The notes beneath the pieces are model-generated. The model was not told the origin of the DNA, ran no database searches, and saw only the letters and a list, made by a program, of their open reading frames with translations. Source: Calditrichia bacterium (GTDB lineage Bacteria; Calditrichota; Calditrichia; RBG-13-44-9). Taken from it: a stretch of 14,594 nt of DNA. The position numbers were made by a program, and so were the translations under genes. Positions 6,854 to 14,594 of this stretch are shown here, piece by piece (positions within the stretch are counted from its first letter, which is position 1; each line of letters starts with the position of its first letter). The stretch is from positions 1-14,594 of the forward strand of contig JARRQT010000055.1 of the NCBI GenBank assembly GCA_037381445.1. The letters run 5' to 3'.

Positions 6854-8374
6854 ATGAGTTACGAAATTCTTCGTGACAATTTATTGGAACTGATCCGGCG
6901 TACCTCGGCATACCTGCCCCCAGATGTGGAAGAAGTAATCAATCTGAAAAAGAATCTGGAAGCCAAAAGTTCAATGGCCGAAATGGCGATGGATATGATT
7001 AATCAAAATGTGGGCCTGGCGAAAAAACGTTCTTTGCCGATCTGCCAGGATACCGGAACAATTTCATTCTACGTGAAATGTCCTGTGGGATACGATCAGA
7101 TGCTGCTGGAAAAAGCGGCGGAAGAGGCGGTGGTAATGGCCACGGAAAAGGGATACCTAAGGCAGAATTCCGTGGATTCCCTCTACGGCAAGAATACCGG
7201 GAATAACCTGGGGAAGGGCAGTCCGGTGTTCCATTTCGAACAAACCCGCGGAGACGACGTGGATGTTCGCCTGATTCTGAAGGGCGGGGGATGCGAGAAT
7301 ATGAGCACCCAGTACAAACTTCCTGCGGATGTTGACGGAAAAAAGTATGGGCGCGATCTTAAAGGCGTGCGCGCGGTTATTCTGGACGCCTTGTACAAAG
7401 CGCAGGGAAAAGGCTGCGGACCCGGATTCCTGGGTGTGTGCATCGGCGGCGACAGGGCATCAGGCTACGCCTATGCCAAGGAGCAGTTGCTGAGGGCACA
7501 GGATGACGTGAGCACCTATCCCGAGCTGGCGCAACTGGAACAGCAAATTATGAAAGAGGCCAATGAACTGGAGATCGGGCCGATGGGTTTTGGCGGCAAA
7601 TTTACCCTGGGCGGAATCAAGATCGATTACCTGAACCGCCTGCCGGCATCCTATTTTGTGAGCATTGCCTACATGTGCTGGGCCTACCGCCGCCGGGGCA
7701 TGATTCTGGACACGGAAGGGAAGGTGAAGGAATGGCTCTACCAGTCGCCCGGCGAGTTTGAAAAGGATTATTCCGGGATGCCTGAAATGAAAATCGATAC
7801 CAAAAATGTGAAGGTGCTGCATACGCCGATCTCCGAAGAGCAGATCCGCGGACTGAAAACCGGTGATGTGGTTTTGCTGAACGGCGACATGTTCACCGGC
7901 CGCGATGCCGTTCACCGCTATCTGTATGATGGCGGGGACCTGGACGTCATAAAAGGCGGTATCATCTATCACTGCGGCCCGGTTATGGTCAAAGAGGGCA
8001 ATGAATACAAGGTGATGGCTGCCGGTCCAACTACCTCCATCAGGGAAGAGCCTTACCAGGGCGACATCATCGGAAAATTCAATATCCGCGGTGTCATCGG
8101 TAAAGGCGGGATGGGAAAGAAAACCCTGGATGCCTGCGGCAAATACGGTTCAGTATATCTCCATGCCATCGGCGGCGCGGCACAGATTTATGCCAGCTGC
8201 GTGAAGAAGGTGAAAGGCGTTTACCTGGAACAGTTCGGCAGTCCTGAAGCGGTTTGGCATTTTGAGGTGGAAAATTTCCCGGTGGTGGTGACCATGGACA
8301 GTCACGGAAATTCGCTGCATGAAAAGGTTGAGAAAGAGTCCAAACACCAGATGGAAGAAATACTGAAATCCTGA
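6854..8374 (+). CDS. fumA: Class I (Fe-S) fumarate hydratase, fused alpha/beta domains (fumarate/tartrate hydro-lyase family)
   Basis: PICQDTG, LRQNSV, KGGGCEN, KGCGP, GPMGFGG, YMCWAYRR, TGRDAVH, YHCGP, AGPTTSIRE, GKGGMG and MDSHGNSLH; three cluster-ligand Cys motifs present; 506 aa. Confidence 0.92.
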   Translation: MSYEILRDNLLELIRRTSAYLPPDVEEVINLKKNLEAKSSMAEMAMDMINQNVGLAKKRSLPICQDTGTISFYVKCPVGYDQMLLEKAAEEAVVMATEKGYLRQNSVDSLYGKNTGNNLGKGSPVFHFEQTRGDDVDVRLILKGGGCENMSTQYKLPADVDGKKYGRDLKGVRAVILDALYKAQGKGCGPGFLGVCIGGDRASGYAYAKEQLLRAQDDVSTYPELAQLEQQIMKEANELEIGPMGFGGKFTLGGIKIDYLNRLPASYFVSIAYMCWAYRRRGMILDTEGKVKEWLYQSPGEFEKDYSGMPEMKIDTKNVKVLHTPISEEQIRGLKTGDVVLLNGDMFTGRDAVHRYLYDGGDLDVIKGGIIYHCGPVMVKEGNEYKVMAAGPTTSIREEPYQGDIIGKFNIRGVIGKGGMGKKTLDACGKYGSVYLHAIGGAAQIYASCVKKVKGVYLEQFGSPEAVWHFEVENFPVVVTMDSHGNSLHEKVEKESKHQMEEILKS

Positions 8375-8400
8375 TGGACATTTACGAAAATAGAAAACAA

Positions 8401-8434
8401 AAAAACCCGGCTCAGGTTTATCGGCCGGGTTTTT
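8401..8434. terminator. Bidirectional intrinsic terminator between convergent genes
   Basis: AAAAACCCGGCT-10 nt loop-GGCCGGGTTTTT, with an A-tract before and a T-tract after; lies between the fumarase stop (8374) and the - strand gene stop (8467). Confidence 0.85.
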
Positions 8435-8466
8435 AATTTTTCTGCGAAAGAAGTGTTGAGTCACAT

Positions 8467-8874
8467 TTATTTTACAGTTTTATAGCTTCGGCGCTTTTCC
8501 CGGGGCGGTATTTTCAAATCCTTCATCTGTTTTTTCCCCTGTACCTCAAATTTGTCCGAAGCCTGCCGCATTTCTTCGGAAATATTCGTTTCCACTTGTT
8601 CCAGAAAGGCGCGGTTTTTTGATGGTGTGCCGTTCAGACATATATCATAAAACAGTTTATATTCATCAATATTTATGCGGTTTTTTTCAAAGATTGTTTT
8701 GATCCTGGCATATTTCACACTATCGGGGGCATTTGAGATCAGCGCAATTTGCATATCCTGCACAATTGCCGCCCACGGCGTTCTGCCTGTTTTTTTACCA
8801 GAGGACTGGCAGGATTCAAATAGCAGAAAAATGCCCAGCAAAAGAATCAAAAATGCGGAGAGATAAACCTTCAA
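8467..8874 (-). CDS. Small helical lipoprotein of unknown function (weak resemblance to DUF4296-type proteins)
   Basis: TTG start with SD AAGGA 7 nt upstream; hydrophobic signal peptide ending LLFES-C; own promoter-like element; shares the terminator at 8401-8434; occupies otherwise non-coding space. Confidence 0.7.
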   Translation of the reverse strand: MKVYLSAFLILLLGIFLLFESCQSSGKKTGRTPWAAIVQDMQIALISNAPDSVKYARIKTIFEKNRINIDEYKLFYDICLNGTPSKNRAFLEQVETNISEEMRQASDKFEVQGKKQMKDLKIPPREKRRSYKTVK

Positions 8875-8896
8875 GTAATGGTCCTTTTTTGTTAAA

Positions 8897-8925
8897 AATT
8901 TAATGGTGTGGCGGGTTCAATTCAA
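8897..8925 (-). promoter_or_regulatory. Putative sigma70-type promoter of the small lipoprotein gene
   Basis: On the - strand: TTGAAT-17 nt-TAAATT, ending 22 nt upstream of the TTG start. Confidence 0.5.
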
Positions 8926-9154
8926 GATAATTATCAATTACAGCCGTTGATTTCCCGCCGGGAGCTGTTTCCATTTCAATCAGGCTGATTCAACAGCGCT
9001 CAGGAAATTTGATCGGAATCAAAATTCTGTAATTATTTAAAAATGGTACTAATCCCGGAACCGCGGAACTCCCGCCGGCCAATTTGTGTTTTGATATTCT
9101 ATCTCTTTCCCGCGCTGAACCTGTTCCGGGTGCATAATAAATGGCATAAACAAC

Positions 9155-9183
9155 TTGAAATCCCGCTGAACCAGAATTAATTT
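9155..9183 (+). promoter_or_regulatory. Putative sigma70-type promoter of the Omp85-family gene
   Basis: TTGAAA-17 nt-TAATTT, upstream of SD GGAGGAG and the ATG at 9226. Confidence 0.45.
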
Positions 9184-9225
9184 TAATGAGAATGAAATCT
9201 ATATAATTCCCTTTTTGGAGGAGAA

Positions 9226-12200
9226 ATGAAGTATCGTTTTATTGTTCTATTTTTAATGCTGGTTTTCTCCGCAAACCAGCTTTTTGCGCAGAATTTCGGG
9301 AAGAATAAAATACAGTACAAAAATTTTGAATGGTATTTTATTCAAAGCAAGCATTTTGATATATACTACTACCCGGGGGGCAAAGAACTGGCTGAATTTA
9401 CTGCTGAGGTCGCCGAAGAAGCCTATCAGCAGTTGAAAAGAGATTTTTCCTATGAACTCCGGGAACGTGTTGTAATCATCACATACAATTCCCATAATGA
9501 CTGGCAGCAGACCAATGTGGTAATTTCCTATCTGGAAGAAGGCGTCGGCGGCGTAACGGAACTGTACAAGAATCGCGTGGTGGTGCCTTTTGAAGGATCT
9601 TACGAACAATTCCGGCACGTAATTCATCATGAACTGGTGCATGCGGTGATGAATGATATGCTATATGGCGGGTCGGTTCAGTCACTCATAATGGGTGAAG
9701 TCATTCCGCTGCCGTTGTGGGTCTCGGAAGGTTTGGCGGAGTTTGAATCCAGCGGGTGGAATACCAACACCGATATGATTGTTCGTGACGCGGTATTGAC
9801 CGGCTATATGCCCCCTATACAGTATCTGGAATATATACTTGCCTATCAGGGCGGGAATTCGGTATTCCGCTATATTGCCGAGACCTATGGCCGGGAAAAA
9901 ATCGGGGAGATACTGAACAAGTCAAGGGGTAGGATTTCATTCCAGCAGATATTAAAATCGGCCGTTGGTCTGGATTACAAAGAATTTGACGAGCGGTGGC
10001 ATCGCTGGCTGAAGAAACAGTACTGGCCTGCCGTTTCGGACCGTCTGGTGCCCAAGGAATTCAGCAGGCAGCTCACCGATCACGAAGAGCAGAAAAATTT
10101 TCTGAATGTAAGTCCGGCAATTACCCCGCAGGGCGATAAAATAGCCTATATTTCCGATCGCGACGGCTACCAGAATATTTACCTCATGTCCGCAATCGAT
10201 GGCAAAGAAATCAAGGTATTACTGAAGGGGCAGCGGTCCGAAAGTTTTGAAGAGCTGCATTTCCTGCGCCCCGGCATGAGTTTTTCGCCGGACGGGAAGA
10301 AGCTGGCATTTACGGCCAAAAGCGGTCCCTGGGACGCTATCTATATTGTGGATGTGGAAAGCAATGAGATCGAGAAACACCTGATGCAGATGGACGGTGC
10401 TTTTACGACTTCCTGGTCTCCGGACGGCAAAAAGATTGCCTTTGTGGGAAATAATCACGGTCAGAGCGACATTTATCTTTTTGATGTGGAAACTGACAAA
10501 GTGGAGCCGGTCACCAACGATGTCTTTACCGATGATGAGCCGTCCTGGTCTGCGGACAGCAAGAATCTGGTGTTTGTGTCCGACCGCGGGGATTACACGG
10601 ATGACAAAAATCTGCCAGCCGATTTCGATATGAGCAAATATAATTTTCAGCACCGGGATATCTATACCATCAATCTCGCAACACACAAAATGGTGCGAAA
10701 GACAAATACTCCCTGGGAAGAATCCTATCCCAAGTTCTCGCCGGACGGCACTAAACTGGCCTTCACCTCCGACGAAAACGGTATTTTTAATGTTTACATT
10801 CAGGACCTGCAATCCGGCGAATACCATCCCATTACCAATATCATTACCGGGGTGCTGCAGATCGGTTGGGATAAAGATGCCAACAAGATGGTTTATACAA
10901 CCTTCTATAAAGGCGGATTTGACATCTTCATGATGAGTAATCCCCTGGAAGCTAAGCCATTAGAACTGAAAAACACCCAATATGCCGATGAAATGCGTCA
11001 GATCAAACCCCCGGTTTATGCCGTGAACTGGAAACCGGACAGCACAGCCAAAACAGTAAAGCAGGAGAAGAAAGACACGCCGCCCGAAGTAAAAGGCGAA
11101 CAGCCTGCCGATTACAGCAATTATGTTTTTGGAAGATATCGCCCTAAGACCATGGAGAAAACAGCCCGCGATATTGAACTGCCCGAGAAAGCGTCCAAGG
11201 ACTCCACGGGTTCGTACAGGGCCAGAAAATATAAACTGAAGTTTTCTCCTGATTTCGTTACCGGCGCGGCGGGTTACAACACCTTTTTTGGGCTGCAGGG
11301 ATACACTTCCTTTGCTTTCAGCGATTTACTGGGGGACCACAAGATTCTTCTCAATCTCAACCTTTGGGCTGATCTGCGGAATAGTGATTTCACGCTGTTG
11401 TACTACTATCTCAAACACCGCATCAATCTGGGCTTTGGCGGCTATCACCTGGTATACCTGTTCCAGGACAGCTTTTATGGCGTCGTGCGCTACCGGAATT
11501 TTGGAACGGTAGTGACAGCTTCCTATCCGCTGAGCCGCTACAACCGTTTCGACCTGAGCGCATTATGGTACAATGTTTATCTGGAATATCTGGATTTTGA
11601 ACTTCCGACGGAAAAAGTGAGTACGGTCCTGCCCGAACTCAGTTTTGTTCATGACAATGTGCTTTGGGGTTTTCAATGGGGTGTGTTCTCGCCGGTAAGC
11701 GGATCACGCTATAGTATCACGGCCCGATTCAGTCCTAAATACAACAACAGAGCCCGCGATTTTCAAACCATAGAGTTCGATTACCGCAAATACTTTAAAC
11801 TAAGCCAGCAATACCAGTTTGCCTTCAGAACCACGGCCGGGGCCAGTTTCGGGAAAAATTCCCAGCAGTTCTTCTTGGGCGGTATGGATAATTGGATTAA
11901 CCGCTCCTTTGCCGGCGGACGGCGGATTGACCGTATCGATGATGTGTTCTTCTCTGAATTCATCACGCCCCTGCGTGGTACTTCATATTATGAAAGAATA
12001 GGGGACCGGTTCTTCCTGACAAACATGGAATTCCGTTTCCCCCTGATAGAATATCTTAAAATCGGATTTCCGCCGCTGACCTTGTTTAACATCCGCGGTG
12101 TTGCCTTTTATGATATTGGAAGCGCCTGGTACAACCACAGCTCCGACTGGTGGAGCCTGTCCGGTTTCCGCGCAACGCAGAAAAATCAAAACGGGAAAAC

Positions 12201-12348
12201 GGTCTTTAAAGATATTGCCAGCGGATACGGCACCGGGGCCCGGATTTATTTTCTGGGATTTCTGCTGCGCTTCGATGTGGCCTGGCCGTTCGATCTGCAA
12301 AGTTCCGGCAAGCCGGTCTATTACTGGTCGCTGGGGCTGGATTTTTAA
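9226..12348 (+). CDS. Omp85/BamA-superfamily outer-membrane protein with N-terminal MA-clan zinc metallopeptidase domain and TolB-like PD40 propeller
   Basis: Signal peptide ending LFA-Q; HELVH (9628-9642) plus downstream WVSEGLAEF (gluzincin pattern). About six PD40 repeats (SPDGKKLAF, SWSPDGKKIAF, FSPDGTKLAFTSD). Charged/Pro-rich linker, then a barrel with FFLGG, LRGT (loop-6 motif position), FYDIGSAW, LRFDVAWP and terminal Phe. Confidence 0.88.
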   Translation: MKYRFIVLFLMLVFSANQLFAQNFGKNKIQYKNFEWYFIQSKHFDIYYYPGGKELAEFTAEVAEEAYQQLKRDFSYELRERVVIITYNSHNDWQQTNVVISYLEEGVGGVTELYKNRVVVPFEGSYEQFRHVIHHELVHAVMNDMLYGGSVQSLIMGEVIPLPLWVSEGLAEFESSGWNTNTDMIVRDAVLTGYMPPIQYLEYILAYQGGNSVFRYIAETYGREKIGEILNKSRGRISFQQILKSAVGLDYKEFDERWHRWLKKQYWPAVSDRLVPKEFSRQLTDHEEQKNFLNVSPAITPQGDKIAYISDRDGYQNIYLMSAIDGKEIKVLLKGQRSESFEELHFLRPGMSFSPDGKKLAFTAKSGPWDAIYIVDVESNEIEKHLMQMDGAFTTSWSPDGKKIAFVGNNHGQSDIYLFDVETDKVEPVTNDVFTDDEPSWSADSKNLVFVSDRGDYTDDKNLPADFDMSKYNFQHRDIYTINLATHKMVRKTNTPWEESYPKFSPDGTKLAFTSDENGIFNVYIQDLQSGEYHPITNIITGVLQIGWDKDANKMVYTTFYKGGFDIFMMSNPLEAKPLELKNTQYADEMRQIKPPVYAVNWKPDSTAKTVKQEKKDTPPEVKGEQPADYSNYVFGRYRPKTMEKTARDIELPEKASKDSTGSYRARKYKLKFSPDFVTGAAGYNTFFGLQGYTSFAFSDLLGDHKILLNLNLWADLRNSDFTLLYYYLKHRINLGFGGYHLVYLFQDSFYGVVRYRNFGTVVTASYPLSRYNRFDLSALWYNVYLEYLDFELPTEKVSTVLPELSFVHDNVLWGFQWGVFSPVSGSRYSITARFSPKYNNRARDFQTIEFDYRKYFKLSQQYQFAFRTTAGASFGKNSQQFFLGGMDNWINRSFAGGRRIDRIDDVFFSEFITPLRGTSYYERIGDRFFLTNMEFRFPLIEYLKIGFPPLTLFNIRGVAFYDIGSAWYNHSSDWWSLSGFRATQKNQNGKTVFKDIASGYGTGARIYFLGFLLRFDVAWPFDLQSSGKPVYYWSLGLDF

Positions 12349-12421
12349 TATGTTGTCCTGCTGCGTCGGGCTGTTGGGAATCATATTGGTTATGGAAATA
12401 CACGATTAGAAGTGATGGGAT

Positions 12422-12454
12422 GGGCCCGGTCGGTCAAGCTGGGCCCTTATTTTT
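12422..12454 (+). terminator. Intrinsic terminator downstream of the Omp85-family gene
   Basis: GGGCCCGGT-loop-GCTGGGCCC stem followed by TTATTTTT. Confidence 0.8.
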
Positions 12455-12609
12455 ATAAAAGGATGATTTATTTACTGAACATTTCCTGATTTGGGTGTCT
12501 GATAGTGAATGGCAATTCGTCATTGGTGAATTCCATCCTGATTTTGGCGGTCAGGAAATAATTCTGTAAATTATGGGAGATGTTAACCATCGATAAAGAT
12601 TGAGAGTTT

Positions 12610-13980
12610 ATGGCGAAAGCGAAAATCGTATTCGTCTGCAATAACTGCGGATATGAAAGCCCCAAGTGGGCCGGGAAATGTCCCGAATGCGGCCGGTGGA
12701 ACAGTTTCGAAGAGGCGGAAATCGCTCCCGCTTCCGCGAGAACATCAGAACGTTCCTCCCGTAATACGCCGTCTCTGCTGCCGGACATCGAAGAAGGACT
12801 GGAAGATCGCCGGCAGACCGGCATCGGGGAACTGGACCGGGTGCTGGGCGGCGGAATTATACCGGCTTCGGTGATTTTGATTGCCGGTGATCCCGGCATT
12901 GGAAAATCTACCCTTTTGCTCCAGATGGGTGCGGCGCTGGCAAAAAAAGATACCTCGGTGCTGTATGTGAGCGGAGAGGAGTCGCTGCAGCAAATCCGCA
13001 ATCGGGCCCGGCGGCTGGAGCTTGAGAAAATCCCGCTCCATCTGATGGCGGAAACCGAGCTGGAAAACATTCTTTATCAGATTGAGGCCACCCGTCCGCA
13101 GATGGTAATTGTGGATTCCATACAGGCAGTCTTCTCTCAGAATATCGCCGGGGCGCCGGGGAATGTGGGACAGATCCGGGAATGCGCTTCCCGCCTGTTC
13201 CGGGCAGCAAAGGAAAACAACTGGACGCTGTTTATCGTCGGCCATATCACCAAAGAAGGAAGCATCGCCGGTCCCAAGATACTTGAACATATGGTGGATG
13301 TGGTTATTTATTTTGAGGGAGATAATCTCTACCGCTACCGCATCCTGCGCTCGCTGAAAAACCGTTTTGGCGCCACCAATGAAATCGGTCTCTTTCTCAT
13401 GGAAAAATCAGGACTGACGGAGGTCGGAAATCCCTCCAGCCTTTTCCTGTCCCATAACGGGAAAGCGCAAACCGGGGCCAGCGTGGTGTGCAGTTTCGAA
13501 GGTTCGCGGCCGATTCTGGCGGAAGTTCAGGCGCTGGTTTCGCGCAGCAATTATGGCGTGCCACAACGGACAGTCAGCGGATTTGACCACCGCCGTCTGG
13601 CGCTGCTGCTGGCCATACTGGAAAAGCACTGCGGCCTCAATTTTGGCTATTCCGATGTCTTCATTAAAATTGCCGGCGGATTGAAAATTGAAGATCCAGG
13701 CATCGATCTGGGAATTATTATGGCGATTTCCTCCAGTTTCCGCGATATGCCGCTGGCGGACCATTCGATCTACATTGGGGAAATCGGGTTGAACGGGGAT
13801 GTCCGGCCGGTTTCACAACTGGACCGGCGCATTCAGGAGGCGGCCAAATTGGGTTTTAAAAAAATATACATTCCCAATACCGGCGACGGAAAAACCTTTG
13901 CCCAATCGGCGGGAGCTTCCCGGCTGATCGGCGTGGATAATGTGGCGGAGTTGATTCATGGGACATCGCCAAAAGGATAA
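12610..13980 (+). CDS. radA: DNA repair protein RadA/Sms
   Basis: N-terminal C4 zinc finger (CNNCG...GKCPECG), Walker A GDPGIGKST, Walker B IVDSIQ, KNRFG signature, Lon-like C-terminus (GEIGLNG). Confidence 0.97.
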   Translation: MAKAKIVFVCNNCGYESPKWAGKCPECGRWNSFEEAEIAPASARTSERSSRNTPSLLPDIEEGLEDRRQTGIGELDRVLGGGIIPASVILIAGDPGIGKSTLLLQMGAALAKKDTSVLYVSGEESLQQIRNRARRLELEKIPLHLMAETELENILYQIEATRPQMVIVDSIQAVFSQNIAGAPGNVGQIRECASRLFRAAKENNWTLFIVGHITKEGSIAGPKILEHMVDVVIYFEGDNLYRYRILRSLKNRFGATNEIGLFLMEKSGLTEVGNPSSLFLSHNGKAQTGASVVCSFEGSRPILAEVQALVSRSNYGVPQRTVSGFDHRRLALLLAILEKHCGLNFGYSDVFIKIAGGLKIEDPGIDLGIIMAISSSFRDMPLADHSIYIGEIGLNGDVRPVSQLDRRIQEAAKLGFKKIYIPNTGDGKTFAQSAGASRLIGVDNVAELIHGTSPKG

Positions 13981-14000
13981 ATGCATGAGGTATACTTAAT

Positions 14001-14594
14001 TTGTTTTTGAACCGATTTTCATTAATACCATATTTGCCGGCATTCTTAATTGCCGCATTTTTTTCCTTTTTCGCCCGGAACGTCGTAGCGGCAGACAGTA
14101 CGCAGCAGTGGATCGTCGTCGGTACATTCGACGGCGCCGATTCACCTTCCGGTTCCTTCCGTGAAGCGGTGGCCATCGATCTGGATTCCGAAGGAAACGT
14201 TTATATTGTGGACAGGGGATTAAACCGTTTGCTGAAGTTTTCTCCCCAGGGAATTTTCAAAAATGAAATCGGCGGATACGGCCGCGGAACGGAGTCTTTC
14301 AACGATCCCCGTGATGTGGACGCTCATCTGACCCTCAATATTTTTGTGGCGGACTATAACAACAACCGCATTGTCCGGTTTGATAAAAATCTCAATTACC
14401 TGAGCGATTTCCGCCCCGACCCGGATAGCCCCTATTATTTCGAAATGCCGCTAAGTGTCCGGGTATCCAGCCAGTACGATATGTTCATTTTAGAGGACCT
14501 GAATAAACGGGTCATAAAATTCAACCGCTTTAACCAGCCCCAGGTGGCTTTTGGAAATGCAGCTGACAATCTGGGGCAGCTGCTCGGTCCCTGT
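14001..14594 (+). CDS. Secreted NHL-repeat beta-propeller protein; 3'-truncated, not in the ORF track
   Basis: Own translation: in-frame stop at 13986, probable TTG start at 14001 (alternative 14007), GAGG at 13987-13990. Signal-like N-terminus, then NHL repeats AIDLDSEGNVYIVDRGLNRLLKF, FNDPRDVD..NIFVADYNNNRIVRFD and FEMPLSV..DMFILEDLNKRVIKF. Open to the window end. Confidence 0.85.
   Translation, partial: MFLNRFSLIPYLPAFLIAAFFSFFARNVVAADSTQQWIVVGTFDGADSPSGSFREAVAIDLDSEGNVYIVDRGLNRLLKFSPQGIFKNEIGGYGRGTESFNDPRDVDAHLTLNIFVADYNNNRIVRFDKNLNYLSDFRPDPDSPYYFEMPLSVRVSSQYDMFILEDLNKRVIKFNRFNQPQVAFGNAADNLGQLLGPC

Noticed and set aside
9226..12348. Naming this gene bamA or tolB
   Set aside because: No POTRA domains are evident and the peptidase-propeller-barrel architecture fits neither canonical protein.
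13981..14010. ATG directly after the radA stop as the start of the next gene
   Set aside because: That frame closes at TGA after 9 codons; the NHL gene is in a different frame.
1..14594. CRISPR array, IS/transposase, integrase, prophage or defence system
   Set aside because: No regularly spaced repeats, terminal inverted repeats around a transposase, or relevant protein motifs were seen.

Overview
Gene-dense bacterial chromosomal window, almost all on the + strand. In order: a 5'-truncated M28-family glutaminyl cyclase-like enzyme, prmA, a lipoprotein with three Ig-like repeats, an Asp-box propeller protein with a T9SS-CTD/FlgD-Ig-like C-terminus, two tandem PorV-family barrels, a 310-bp intergenic region with predicted structure, a class I fumarate hydratase, a small convergent lipoprotein (- strand), a metallopeptidase + PD40 + Omp85-barrel protein, radA, and a 3'-truncated NHL-repeat protein missing from the ORF track. 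The gene content is FCB-group-like, yet the genes have strong Shine-Dalgarno sites and TTGA-type promoters. This suggests a non-Bacteroidia FCB-related lineage such as Calditrichota (inference only). I saw no mobile element, CRISPR array, tRNA or rRNA. Best leads: (i) a cargo + lipoprotein + twin-PorV secretion module, (ii) a possible rod-shaped ncRNA or 46-codon ORF upstream of the fumarase, (iii) a glutaminyl cyclase near probable Q-rule substrates. All family calls come from reading motifs by eye, not from searches.
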